64,000 nucleotides of DNA, from assembly GCA_951406725.2 (NCBI GenBank), contig OX597816.1:157294001-157358000 (forward strand), given 5' to 3'. The stretch comes from Octopus vulgaris (taxonomy: Eukaryota). The first letter of the stretch is position 1. Each line of letters opens with the position of its first letter. Position numbers and translations under genes: made by a program. The notes below the pieces were generated by a model, which saw nothing but the letters and a program-made list of their open reading frames with translations, was not told the origin of the DNA and searched no databases. Shown one piece after another: positions 26,170 to 39,789 of this stretch.

Positions 26170-26402
26170 ATCTTCATCCATTTCCTTCCGGTCTTTTAAA
26201 ATGTGACCTCGTGTGTACCGTTGGCGATTTTTTTTCCTCTGTCTTCCCTCCTCTGGATCTTTCCTTTTCCTATGTTTCCGACGAAGAGCTCCGCTCGAAA
26301 CGTTAAACCCTCCTTCTTTCCTTCTTTCCTGAGCGTCCGATAATACTATATTTGTTCCACGTCCTCGCGTTGCTGTGTTTTTTTGTGCTTTCTTGTTTGG
26401 AT

Positions 26403-26408
<6 letters not shown>
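26170..26408 (+). mobile_element. Penelope-like terminal repeat between (TA)n tracts with hammerhead motif at 26274-26308
   Basis: GUUU-CCGACGA-A-GAGC(UCC)GCUC-GAA-ACGU-U-AAAC (core U4 changed to C); downstream region resembles the minus strand of 2000-2085. Confidence 0.75.
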
Positions 26409-26466
<58 letters not shown>

Positions 26467-26487
26467 TATGCATATATCCATACATAT

Positions 26488-27030
26488 ATGTACATACTTA
26501 CATGTATATGTATATATATATGCATATATTGGTATAGGACGTCACAAAACGTAAACAACATGAAATACGAAGACGAACTTTTGTATGCGAACAAAGAAAG
26601 AGACAAATAGAAAACAAGATGAGTAGCATAAACAACGACTCTTCAGCAGTTGTTGGTTGTTTATCTACTCCACATTTCGAGCAATTCCCGACAGTATGTG
26701 CCTTCGAGAAAACAGTTGCTCCCACGCACCAAAATAAAATTTGGGAATTGCGGAGGGTCAACAGGACAGTGAAAACAAACTGTGAGGGCGGCGACGCCAT
26801 ACGAAGTAAGGTGACGAACGCTGGAGGAACAATATTTGACAGAAGAAAAGATAGGAGAGGAGACAGACAACAATGCTGTTCTTTATGTTACTTGTCTTGT
26901 TTTCCATTTGTTTCACACACAAAAGCTTATCTTTGTATTTCATGTTTTCGTATTTCATGTTGTTTACGTTTTGTGACGTCCTGTACCCATATATGCATAC
27001 CTATGTACATGTACATATAAGTATGTACAT
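26488..27030. repeat. Fold-back repeat with long imperfect inverted arms; related copy at 27415-27735
   Basis: aggacgtcacaaaacgtaaacaacatgaaatacgaa (about 26536-26571) is complementary to about 26947-26982. Confidence 0.8.
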
Positions 27031-27048
27031 ATATGTATGAATATATGC

Positions 27049-27088
<40 letters not shown>

Positions 27089-27091
27089 ATG

Positions 27092-27136
<45 letters not shown>

Positions 27137-27279
27137 TGATTGAACGCTACGCGTCCATTTCTAAGTAAGTTTATCTTAAGAATTTTGATGCGACTTTGTC
27201 CTGTACGGTTCTCTCTCTACCCCTTTTTGTTTTCTCTTTTCCTTTCTCCAATTCGTTTTTCTCCTCTTCACCGTTTTTG

Positions 27280-27324
<45 letters not shown>

Positions 27325-27935
27325 TCCTTTACTTTTCGTTGCTCACATGCGATCATCGTCCATCTTTCTTTTCTCCACATAATCATTATATTTTTCGGTC
27401 TGTGTCACAGACCAGACGCATTCTTGTCTGTCTCCTCTCCTATCTTTTCTCCTGACAAAGATAGTTCCTTCAGTGTTCGCCACCTTACCTTGTATGGCCT
27501 ATCGGCACTCCCTGTTTGTTTTCTCTGTCCAGTGTTTGTTACCAGCTTTGATCCTCCGCAAATCCCAAATTTTATTTTGGTACGCGAGAGCAACTGTTTT
27601 CTCGCAGGCACATATTGTTGTGAATTGCTCGAAATGTGGAGTAGATAAACAGCCAACAACTGATGAAGGATCGTTCTTTGTGTTACTTGTCTTGTTTTCC
27701 ATTTGTTTCTTTCGTTGTTCGCATACAAAAGTTTGCTCCTGCTGTGGCTTCCAGTGACACTGCACAACGCATTGTGCAGGTGCAAGAACCGTACATTTCA
27801 TGTTTGTGCTGCTTCTAGTTCTCACATAACTTGAACATCTTTTGTACAACATCAAGAGCTCGTCTAAATGAAAGTTTCTACAATGATGCAAGTTCATCAT
27901 CTTCTATGAAGCAACCATCAGCAATAAAAGAATTA

Positions 27936-28460
27936 CACTGGGCAACTAATTCTAACTTTTTGTCTCTTGACCTAATTTTGAGACCCATTTTAGGGTAATT
28001 TGGGGTCACTGAGTTTTAAAATGGCAATATTTTTTATGTTTTTTTTTCTATCACGTTGATCTTTATTTATGAGCTAGTCCATATTGGCCCCACCCGTTGC
28101 TCCATGTTTCAGAAATTTCTCGACGTATATTTCGTAGGGTACGTAAGCTGTAAGAGTCTCAATGTCAGTTTGGCGTTCAGTGAGTGAGGTTGTGACGCTC
28201 TGTAGGCCTAGTATTTGTACCTGTGTAGAGCTGTGCTACCTAACAACTGCGGGCTCGAACGCTCGGTCGTCTTAATCTGCGTTGTTAATCTCTTCTTACT
28301 ATCAACAAACGTACAAAAGATATCCTTTCGATGAACATGCTCCTAATCTCGGAGAGGTGAGCGATGAGTATGGTGAGCGTTTTTATTAAGCAATCAAGAT
28401 TATGGAGGAGAGATATCAAGACCGATGGGACTTTTGGAGTATCCAAAGAGATTGTGTAGA
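27936..28460 (+). mobile_element. Chapaev3-like DNA transposon remnant (left end plus transposase C-terminal fragment)
   Basis: Begins cactgggcaac with subterminal tagggtaatttggggtc; 28345-28455 reads NLGEVSDEYGERF / IMEERYQDRW, matching the NLGxVSDEHGERFHQD...ME.RYQG.W motif. Family assignment from memory. Confidence 0.65.
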
Positions 28461-28777
28461 TATGTAACACTCCAGACACTCACGCAAGTGAAAATTTGTT
28501 CCATGAATATGAAGATAAATGTATGATGGTTTATGTTTTATCCATCATATTTGAGAATTAATAGTAGGTATTTAGTAAAAGGTGATGCTAGCAAACATTT
28601 CATTTATGATTTCGTATTCTATTCACATCATAACTTACGGTTTGAAGCTATAAGATTTAGTAAACTATTCTGACCAAGTAAATTATCTATAGAGTATGTC
28701 ATAAAATAGGAATAAGATTTAGAATGAAAACTTGATGTGTTAGAAAAATAATGGATGCAATATCTGAAAAAAGCAAC

Positions 28778-29200
28778 GCGGTGAGCTGAAATGTTAGCAC
28801 GGGCGAAATGCTTAGCGGTATTTCATCTGTCGCTATGTTCTGAGTTCAAATTTCGCCGAGGTCGACTTTGCCTTTCATCCTTTCGGGGTCGATTAAATAA
28901 GTACCAGTTACGCACTGGAGTCGATATAATCGACTTAATCCTTTTGTCTGTCCTTGTTTAGGACAGACAATGTTTAGCCCCTTGTGGACATTAAAGAAAT
29001 GAGAAACGTTACCATGCAAAGCGAAATGCTTAGCGGTTTTTCGTCTGACTTTACGTTCTGGGTTCAAATTCTAAAGAGGTCGACTTTGACTTTCAACATT
29101 TCAGGATCGATAAATTAAGTACCAGTTGCGTACTGGGGCCGATCTAATCGACTGACACCACTCCTGAAAAATTTCGGGCCTTGTGCGTAGAGTAGAAAAG
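28778..29200 (+). mobile_element. SINE family A dimer
   Basis: Two cores with an internal tagccccttgtgg tail. Confidence 0.9.
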
Positions 29201-29655
29201 AATATATGTAATAAGCATCTCAAAATTAGCTAAAAACAGCCAGAAAACCGAAATCAGTGTTATTGAATCCTTGAATATTAAACAATGTCGGATCCTTAAA
29301 TCGTGCCGTATATTATCGGTGAGTTACCCTCGCCCACGTCGTCATCGAGGTCGTTGGCGTAGTTATTGTTGTTGTTCTTGCTGCTGCTGCTGCAGATGAT
29401 GATGATGCTGATGATGATGTTGTTGTTGTTGAAGTAGGTATTGTTATTTGCTCACAAGGGAACACCGAATTAGCAGTTCTATGATGAATGCAGTTCCAGA
29501 GGGATTCCTTCTCCTTGTTTTGAGAGTATCTAGTATTGCTCTTAAAAATGTGTAATTACTGCTTTCGAAACAATGGGCTCTGAAGGGAAACATTTTGGTT
29601 ATAATCTCCAACACTAACCAAGTGAAAAACACACGCGAGCACACACACATACACA

Positions 29656-29720
<65 letters not shown>

Positions 29721-29889
29721 GAACACACAATTACACTTATACTTCCTGTTTTCGCAAACAAGGATAGTGGGTAGCATGTACCACACCTTTGCTATTTGGT
29801 TGAAGTTTATCGTATTGATGAGTAGCCATAAATAGCCTCTCGGTATTCCCACCCTTGATCCAGTAGAATAACCAGGACGTGACAGCTGG

Positions 29890-29919
29890 AGGAAGAGAGA
29901 GAGAGACAGACAGACAGAC

Positions 29920-29950
<31 letters not shown>

Positions 29951-30166
29951 GACAGACACAGAGACACAGAGACACAGAGACACAGAGAGAGAGAGAGATA
30001 GAGAGAGAAAGAGAAAGAGACAGAGAGACAGACACAGACACAGAGACAGAGACACAGAGAGAGAGAGAGAGACAGAGAGAGAGAAAGAGACAGAGAGACA
30101 CAGAGACAGACACATACACAGAGACACAGAGAGAGAGACAGACAGACAGACAGAGAGACAGAGAGA

Positions 30167-30197
<31 letters not shown>
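29890..30197. repeat. Compound (GA)n/(GACA)n microsatellite
   Basis: Seen directly. Confidence 0.95.
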
Positions 30198-30473
30198 CTA
30201 CACAAGAATTAGGCCGGAACTCATCTTAGTGAAATAAAGGACCAACGTATCGGCTGGGATGGGAACCCACAACCTCATAGCTGTGAGCTTACACTTTAGG
30301 CACGTTCATGTCAAACAGGGAGCTTCAAATTGTTCGAGCCACAGCAAACTGAATATGACGCTAAACGTTTTGAAGAGAATTATTATACAAACGAGTGTTG
30401 GACTTGAAAACATGTATAATGTAATACATTCCAGAAACATAGATTCCAGTATAAAAATGGGATTATCATAGAA

Positions 30474-30849
30474 CTAGCAGTATCGCCCGGTATTGCTCGG
30501 GTTTGTTTCAACCCTTTTTGAAATTGGAATTTTTGAAAAGTAAAAATTTTGTTATTCACTTTAAGTGAACATTTTTCTGGTTGAAATACACCGGAAAATG
30601 GCGACACAGCAGTAAAAAAAAATCGTAAAAAAAGGTATTTTCATAGAAAAAAAGCACCTTTTGATGTAAATAATTTTTGGTGTTAACATCGTCCAATTTG
30701 AATTTTTTCTTCTACGAAAGGAAGAGCAAGGCTTCCTCTATCATACTCTCAATTTTGGTCAACTTGCGCCGCAGGGTCTCGGAGTGGATAATGTTAGTTG
30801 AAGGCTACCAAACCTGCCATACACAGACAACTTCAGCTTTAGAGAGAGA
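30474..30849 (-). mobile_element. Non-autonomous Helitron-like element
   Basis: Minus strand A|TCTCTC start, subterminal hairpin cccgagcaataccggg, CTAG|T end; same end design as 53025-55463. Confidence 0.75.
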
Positions 30850-32564
30850 TTAGGGGAGAAGAGTAACCTCGTATGAATCTAATCGCTAAATGTCTCGTGT
30901 TTAACGTGTTTAAACAGTTCCATTTATAAAAACGCAAAGAATACAGAAAATGGAGTCTTGCACATTATAAGGTTGATGTTACTTTGTTGAAGCGTTAGAT
31001 GTGTATGGGATGTGATAATCAGTTATTGAAACTGGAATGATAGCAATACCATAACCTTATAAAAAAGAATGATGAGGTAATGCAAGGTAGATAACTGTAT
31101 TCATGGTAAACAACTCTACACATAAAATTGAGCTGACAAGGTACATAACTCTTAATGTATTTAATATATATTTATTCAAGTGGGGATAAATATTATCTCT
31201 TAATTTGTATTCGTTTTGTGTCAAAAATTGCAATATTTAATGCGATAAAATCTGCATCGGTTCAAAAGAAACACATACTGGTTTCTAAATATACTTACAA
31301 TTGACATGGACTTGCTAATAAATATAAACAATATCAGTTATTTTATATCGTTTCTGTTTTTTTAATATTTCTCTCTCTCTTTCATATTTTTTTTCTTTTT
31401 TTTCTTTCTGTTTTTCCTTTTGCATTGGTAACTTGTTGCTAAATTTGTCACTATCAATTGAATCACTCTCCGATATATTATTGATGCTCATTTTTATCGA
31501 CTCTCGGTGCTCGAAGAATACTTTGACACCAGCGAGGTTTGAAATGAAAGCATATAGATGTAACTAGTTTGCAAAGCAATTTACACAGTGCTGCACCCAT
31601 ATGACGACAGCTGCCACAACATCAATTATAATTGTTTAATAACATTGCGTACAAGTTGCATTGAATTGTCCTTAAGCCTTGAAAGCAAACGGTTGAGTCA
31701 ATGCGGGAGAATAGTCATCAGAATGGAGAGTCTTAACTAAACAACACCATTTTTGTTTTGCCATCCATAAATCAGTTTATTATGTGGAGAAGAATTAACA
31801 GTGTAATGGGCTAAATATTTAGTTACCTCATAAAAACATGCCCCTCACTGCTTTATGTGTATAATTATTTATCTATATATAATTATTTATCTATGTATCT
31901 ATATATCTATTTAATTGCTTATTTATCGACTTATTTATCTATTTATTTATTCACTTAATAATGTATTTATTTAATTATCTATTTAGTTATCTATTTATCG
32001 ATTTTTTAATTGGTTTATTTACTTACTTCTCCTTTCATCTTTTTAGGGATCGGTAAACAAAAAACAAGAATAGCACTGGCACCGGTATTGATTTAATCGA
32101 ATGTTACTGTTAGGAAATGGGTGATTTTGTGCCTTTGTTTGCAAACCATTTGTGCCTATGCTACAAACTATTTGCATAATTTATTCCGCTACTTTAACTT
32201 CTGACTTCAAATCCCGCCATGGTTAAATTTCCCTGTCGCCTTCTCAGAGAAGATACACTCATTGACAAATGCTGGTATTGATGTAATCGACTAGGCATAA
32301 CATTTCAAAATTGCAGGTCTCATGCCTAAATAATAAAACTGCATTTGTTATTTGTGAGGAACGATAACAAGTGCAACTGCTAAAACATCAGACCTACTAT
32401 CATGTGTTATTTAATTATGTTCCTCGATAGACTTAGATCAAATAATCCCGGAGTTGCCTTTGTCTCCCAGACTTCCCTAACCAGGAACTAGAATCGGTTT
32501 GTCTAAACCCATTCCTCTGATGTATGGACATCTGGCAGATAATCTCCCGGATTATACAATATTC

Positions 32565-32962
32565 TCTTCTACTCTAGGCGCAAGGCCCTAAATTTTGGGG
32601 GAAGGGGGTTAGTCGATTAGATCGACCCAGTATCCAACAGGTACTTAATTTATCGACCGCGAAATGATGAAAGGCAAAGCCGACCTGGGTGGAATTTAAA
32701 ATCAGAACATAAAGACAGACGAAATACCTATTTCTTTACTATCCACAAGGGGCTAAACACAGAGAGGACAAACAAGGACAGACAGACGGATTAGGTCGAT
32801 TATATCGACCCCAGTGCGTAACTGGTACTTAGTTTATCGACCGCGAAAGGATGAAAAGCAAAGTCGACCTCGGAGGAATTTGAAATCAGAACATAAAGAC
32901 AGACGAAATACCGCAAAACATTTCGCCTGGCGTGCTATGGTTTCTTCCAGCTCGCCGCCTTC
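32565..32962 (-). mobile_element. SINE family A dimer
   Basis: Two cores; tail complement at about 32728-32760. Confidence 0.9.
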
Positions 32963-33211
32963 CGGATTATACAATGTTATAGCACATTATTTTTCTGCAT
33001 TCAAGTGAGGCATAAAAGCGTCAGACATAATGCTATCCAGTATTTGCGTTCTATCTAGAAACCACTCCCAGGTCAACATTCACATTCATTTAGAGGGGAA
33101 AGGTCGATAGAATAATACGCCAGTCAGGAACTGAGTTCGATTCAGTTGATCTTTCCTCTGTATTTCAGACTCGTGGTTTTATAAACAAGTATTGTTATTT
33201 TATATTTTACA

Positions 33212-33845
33212 AGGCGGCGAGCAGGCAGAAACGTTAGCACGCCGGGCGAAATGCGTAGCCGTATTTTGTCTGCCGCTACGTTCTGAGTTCAAATGCCTCC
33301 AAGGTCGACTTTGCCTTTCATCCTTTCGGGGTCGATTAAATAAGTACCAGTTACGCACTGGGGTCGATGTAATCGACTTAATCCCTTTGTCTGTCCTTGT
33401 TTGACCTCTCTGTGTTTAGCCCCTTGTGGGTAGTACAGAAATAGGTATTTCGTCCGTCTTTACGTTCTAAGTTCAAATTCTGCCGAGGCCGACTTTCCCT
33501 TTCATCCATTCGGGGTCAATTATATAAGTACCAGTTACGCACTGGAGTCGATATAATCGACTTAATCACCTCCCCCATGCACAAGCTACCCTTGTGGCAA
33601 AAATTTGAAATCGTATTTATTTTATATTCCATTAGGGTGGTGAACTGCCAGAATCGTTAGCACGCCGCGGGGAAAATGTTTAGCGGCATTTCGTCCATCC
33701 TTACGTTCTGAGTTCAAATTCCGCTGAGATCGACTCTACCTTTCATTCTTTCGGGGTTGATGAAAAAAGCACCAGTCGAGTACTGTGGTCAATGTAATTG
33801 ACAACCCCCCGACGCACTAATTTCAGGTCTTGTGTCTATAGTAGA
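33212..33845 (+). mobile_element. SINE family A dimer plus monomer
   Basis: Three cores; inverted relative to 32565-32962. A further degenerate minus copy lies at 34060-34230. Confidence 0.9.
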
Positions 33846-34243
33846 GAATAAAAGATTATTTTATATTCTATTGAATATCATCATCACGTTGTCTGCATCT
33901 GAAGTAATGGGGATACCTTATATTGTGGTTGCATAATAAGTATTTATGCAATCACAATGTCACACAGAATCATCTGCAACTAGCTTCGAAAATTAGCGAG
34001 AAATGTACTGGCTACTGATAAGTAATTATTGATAAGCTAGTAATTATGGATGACTTCAGGAGTTAGTCAATTTCATTGACCACAGTGTTTCACTGGTACT
34101 TCATTTATTGATCCAGGAAGGTGAAAGGCAATGTCGACCTCTGCAGAATTTGAACTCAGAACGTAACGGCAGACGAAATACTGCTAAGTATTTAGTCCAC
34201 ACGCTAATGATTCTGTCACCTCGTTACCTTAACAACAACAACA

Positions 34244-34329
<86 letters not shown>

Positions 34330-35128
34330 ATGCAATACCAGGCACTGGCTTTCATGGCTTCTGGTCTTAACTGATTGGAGATGTTATCGTATACATGTTT
34401 TGCCTTGGTATAAAAAGATGGACTAGAGTAAATATTCTGCTCAATACCACAGATTTGCCTGTCAGTTGCGTGACCTTAGCCAGTTGAGCATATCCCTTAG
34501 TGGTTAACGATATGTGCAGCTCTGATCCCGAGCAGGAGTAGTGGGGGAGTGTCATAGCCACGTGATGAGAAGAATACTTTGGGGTTTGAATAATTCATCT
34601 TTGGAAACATGGTTGTTCGTTCAACATCCTTAAACAACCCTTAATTATATAGATATGTGTTCACAGAGATTGTAATCGCTCAAAACCATCGATCGAGAAT
34701 TCCTTATAACTCATGTTCCAATTTCAACTATTTCCGTTGGTTCTTCAGTAAGGACTACTCGTTCAGCTGATACCGCGCTTAATTCTCTATCAACATATAT
34801 GCATTCACCATTTATGGATAATTTAGAGATTTGCTAATATGTAAACAAAAATGATTATAAACAGCCATGCGCAATGTGTTACCATAAATAAAAAATATGT
34901 TACTAAATGCGGAGATGTCAGAGCAACTCCATTGCTAGAAATAAGAAATAAAATGCTCTAATATTGTAGGGAAAACATAATTGTATACATATATGCTCAT
35001 AGGCAATGTAGTTGCCCAGAATATTGACCGAGAATTCCTTATACTAAAATTCACTTTCGGCTATTTCAATATCTTCGGCAGTAAGGACAGCTCGTTCGGC
35101 TAATTCCGGGCTTAATTCTCTCTCAGCA

Positions 35129-36860
35129 TACGAGGGGGTACCCAAAAGAAACCGGAATTTTGCAATTTTATTCATTTAGAAGGCGGCGAGCTGGCAGAAA
35201 CGTTAGAATGCTTAGCGGCATTTCGTCTGCCGCTACGTTCTGAGTTCAAATTCCACCGAGGTCGACTGAGCCTTTCATCCTTTCGGGTTCGATTAAATAA
35301 GTACTAGTTACACACTGGAATCGATATAATCGATTTAATCCGTTTGTCCTTCCTTGTTTGCCCCCTCTGTGTGTAGCCTCTGGTGGGCAGTAAAGAAATA
35401 AGAAACGTTAGCACGCAAGGCGAAATGCTGAGCGGTATTTCGTGTATTTACGTTCTGAGTTCAGATTACGCTGATGTCGATAAATTAAGTACCAATCGCG
35501 TACTGGAGGTCGAGATAATCGACTGGCCTCCTCCCCCAAAATTTGGGGCCTTGCGCCAAGAGTAGAAAAGAATATTAATTTAGAAGGCGGTGAGCTGGCA
35601 GAAACGTTAGCACACCGAGCGAACTGCTTAGCCGTATTTCGTCTGCTGCTACGTTCTGAGTTCAAATTCTGCCGTGGTTGACTTTAGTTTTCATTGTTTC
35701 GGGGTCGATGAAATAAGTACCAGTTACGGACTGGAGTTAATATAATCGACTTGTGCTCTCCCCCAAAATTTCAAGATCTTGTGCCCAGATTAGAAATAAT
35801 TATCTTATTTACTTGTTTACACTTTTGCCGCCTTCAAAGTATTCTCCATTTGAAGCAGCACGTCGGGCCAGGCGAATTTTACACTGTTCGAAGTAGTCCT
35901 GAAACTCTTGCGAAGTGATACCTTTTAACGCTTCCGTCGTTATTTCGTTATTATCATTATTATTTTTTTTTTTTTGTATCTCTTCCACATCTGCAAAACG
36001 TTTTCCTTTAAGGTCTTTTTTTTTCATTCAGGGGAACAAAAAATATCGCAGGTTGCAAAATCGGGTGAATAGGAAGGGTGAGTAAGCGCGGTCATGCCAT
36101 TTTTGTTTAAAAGCTATCTCATACTCAAGGCGGTGTTCACAGGTACATTGTCGTGATGAAATCACCACTCTCCACTTTGTCACAGGTTGAGGTGTGTTCG
36201 TATCACTGCGTCTCGCAAATGCTTCAGAACTGCCATGTAAAATATCTGATTAAAGTTTGACCAGGAGGTACAAATTCTGTGTGCACAATTCCTTTCGCTT
36301 CGATGAAACAAATCAGCATTGTATCGACATTGGGCTTCACTTGACACACTTTGGGGGGACGTGGTTACAGCAGATACTTCCATTGACTTGATTGCTGCTT
36401 CGTTTCCGGGTCGTAGCCATTGCACCAGCTTTCGTCACCAGTGATGACCATTGAAAGTTCCGGATCAAATTCCAACTGTTCTTTCAGTTTACGACACGCA
36501 TTCAGTCGAAACTTTTTTTGATCTTCCGCGAGAAAGCGAGGCACAAATTTTGCTGAAACTCTTTTTATTCACAATTCCTCGCTCTCAAAATTCGTTGGCA
36601 GGAGCTCCAGAACACACCAGTCATATAAACAAGGTCATCAATTATCCGACAGTCGTCCTCCAAGATCAGTTTTTTCATTCATTCAGGAGGTCGACGGTTG
36701 CCCTGAACGAGGTTGGTCATCAAGCGACAAGTGACCATTGCCAAAGCTCAAAAGTCACTCATAAACTTGTGTTTTGCTCATGCCAGCGGCTTTGTAAGTT
36801 GTTTTGAGCATGACAACTATATCAGCCGCCATTTTCCCCAGCAGAAAACAGAATTTCACT
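35129..36860 (-). mobile_element. Decayed mariner (DD34D) transposon interrupted by SINEs
   Basis: TA|CGAGGGGGTACCCAAAA terminus; minus strand LKGKRFADVEEI...FQDYFEQ...NGEYFEG, a YSPDL-like region near 36050-36085 and a VTGDE motif near 36430-36445. Confidence 0.85.
35179..35795 (+). mobile_element. SINE family A units nested in the mariner
   Basis: aaggcggcgagctggcagaaacgttag heads at about 35179 and 35584. Confidence 0.9.
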
Positions 36861-36956
36861 GAAAGGAAGGCGAGGAGAGGAAGAGAGGGGGACGAGAATA
36901 AGAGAAATGCACACACATGCAGATAAATTCAGTCAGACACACAGATAGATAGATGA

Positions 36957-37027
<71 letters not shown>

Positions 37028-37101
37028 CATGCATACATACATACATACATACATACATACATACATACATACATACATACATACATGCATACATACATAC
37101 A

Positions 37102-37132
<31 letters not shown>

Positions 37133-38559
37133 TGTTTATGTTCATATACGTCTTTGTTCGTCTTTGGGTGTGTATGAGAACTTTACCCATTGAATATTTC
37201 CACATTTTAACGCAATTAAAACTTAACATGATATTTAAAAATAGAATATCTTACATTTGACTTGAAAGCTTTTCATGCCTTTGTTGTTTTTCTTTTTTTT
37301 TAATAGGTGCGCTTTGTAATGACTAATACAATTTCACTCATGCTTTAAGAATAATTTCAATAGGACTTTGCCAAAATGACACTCCTAACGTGAAACATAG
37401 TTAGATCTCTTGCACAGGAAAAGGATTTTGCAACAGGTAAACTCTTAACAAATATACTTGAAGTTTAATGTAAATCATTAAAAATGTTTTCCACGCCATT
37501 TGTAAATTTGGGTCAACACACCCCCACCTAGAACTTTCAAATTCGTCACTAGTCAGGCTTTGTTGTCAATGGTTAAAATAGAAAATAAAACTGTGTAGCA
37601 ACACACTATAATAAAGCAAATGGATCTCGGTTTCAACAATGAGTACTGAGGTATTCCTTCAACTGAACTACCTGCTTGTTGTATTGGTTGAATATTCCGG
37701 AGACAGATATACCCATAATATAACCTTCAGGGAGATTCTGTGCGATAGTTTGTGACAAGGTTGACACTCAAAATAAAGATAAAATCCATCCGACATATTT
37801 GCACATTTTATCAGCCACTGACTATCACTCTGATATTTTGGGTCAACTACCGTAAAATAAGTCCAAGATACATGCATCGAATGCGGGGCGTTGTGATTGT
37901 AGCCATGCATCCACACACACACACACACACACACATACGCTCACTCACACACACACACACACACACACACACATTCACGCACACACAGGCACGCACGCAC
38001 ACACACTCACTCATTCACTCACATTTTCACATCCTCACAAACACGTATAAGCCTATAGGATATTATTCGCACAGATTCTGAACTATATTTACAGAGAATT
38101 TAATTCATTCAAATTTTCCATTCTCACATCAGTACCAAGGTATAATATTTCCGTTGATGTAAGTGTAATATCTTGTGTGTTTACACATTATTCTTTTCGT
38201 TTTACCATTCATAATATATCTAGTACACTTAAGTCTTCTCCTCACTGTTTTTGTTTTTTTCTTCTTTCACCATTATCAACTCTTGTAAACTTCACAACAC
38301 AATTTCGAAAATACTCAGCAAAATGTCGAATTAGAATGGAGCAAGCAGAAAATATGAATGAAACCAGCTCACATGGTGAACAAATCACAGTAAAAAAGTA
38401 AAGAATATTACTAGACTTAATTACTGGGAACGTCTAAAAGCTCTTCATTTCTATTCTCTTGAACGCTGAAGGGAGAGTTATACTAACATATACATATGGA
38501 AAATCCTGCAGAGGTATGTTCCAAATGTCGGCATTACAGAGATAATTAATGCACGAACT

Positions 38560-38800
38560 GGCAGATACTGTCGGCTTCCAAATACAACACTCCATTTTAT
38601 TAGTCAAGTATTTAGAACTCAACTGTTTCAATTGCTTACCTAAAGAAATCTTAAGTATAAAAGGAACATTCAAAGGAACATTGGATAAACTTCTAACGAT
38701 GATACCAGACCAGTCAAATATTCAAGGATACACTCAGGGAAGATCAGATTCTACAAACTTCATCATGGACCAATTTCCTGCCATAAAGCGGCTATAAACT
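38560..38800 (+). mobile_element. Old CR1/L2-group LINE 3' fragment
   Basis: FNCLPKEI...FKGTLDKLLTMIPDQ...TNFIMDQ parallels FNILPK...[15 protein letters not shown]...SNSLVDQ. Confidence 0.65.
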
Positions 38801-38889
38801 CGAAAGAAGTACGTAATAACTGACTAATATTACACACTTATCTATGCACACTTATCTATGCCAAATTGAAGCGTCCTTAGAATCTGTAT

Positions 38890-39265
38890 TAAGGAATCTA
38901 TATCTTTTTTTTTTACTGAAAAGCTTCAGGTCATCCATGTAGAACAACTGGTTAATTTTTCGCTTACTATTTCTGAATTGATACCCTACCATTACCTTCC
39001 TTAATAATAAATTGAGGTGGGGGGGGATCAAAAGTAAGACAAATATTAAAGAGGATAACGAGTCCCTTTAGAAAATACTCCTCTTATTATTAACTTTGCA
39101 TAAGACTGTGTCACCTGAGTAGAGTTCTACTTTCCATTTCTTCACACTAAAGCTAAGTAATTCTTTTTTGTTGTCTGCTATACTGAATATACTCAAACCT
39201 TTACTTATCCATGAGTGTGGGATCATGTCGTAGGTTCTCCTATAATATATCCATAATATATCCAT
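38890..39265 (-). mobile_element. R4/Dong-type reverse transcriptase fragment
   Basis: WIYYRRTYDMIPHSWI (compare WIDYxKAYDxVPHSW) and INQLFYMDDLKLF near 38920-38955. Confidence 0.8.
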
Positions 39266-39339
39266 ATATACTTAGTTTTGGCACAAAGTATTTTCAGTTT
39301 GAAAAATTTTCCCGCTGTCTTCTATCTTATATAAACCTT

Positions 39340-39520
39340 TTCTGCACAACCTTCGAAGGCTATTGGAAATACAGTGCAAAGAAGGTAGGAGCAGGAATAC
39401 CACTCTGTTTAACACCATTTCCTATAGAAACGGGATCTGATAAGGCTACCTCCAACATTAATTCTCACCTCCATCTCGTCATGAAATGTTCCAAACATTC
39501 TCATAAAATTTTTAGGGCAG
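39340..39520 (-). mobile_element. RTE-type RT fragment
   Basis: PFL*.NGVKQSGIPAPTFFALYF resembles GVKQGCVLAPTLF. Confidence 0.55.
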
Positions 39521-39789
39521 TCCAGCTTGTGGGTGTCCACCGTGCAGAGGCGTGTCTGTTTGCTTGTGAGTTAACGTATGTGCTGGTCAAACTCTTTGTC
39601 GGACTCCAAGGAATCGGTGGCGGGACAAAATTGGGGAACTGGGAATTATAGTCATGATGGGATACACAGGTATGATAGGATGCTGAGAAGCAAATGATTT
39701 TAAAGATCTCCCAGCACCCAGGCATTTCCTTGAATAGGAAATGCCTGGGTAGTGGGAGTTATTTAAAAGCAATCTTTTCTCAGCTAATT

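Noticed and set aside
34692-35128. Pair of diverged direct repeats of about 110 bp as LTRs
   Set aside because: No TG...CA ends, primer-binding site or coding interior; likely an old local duplication.
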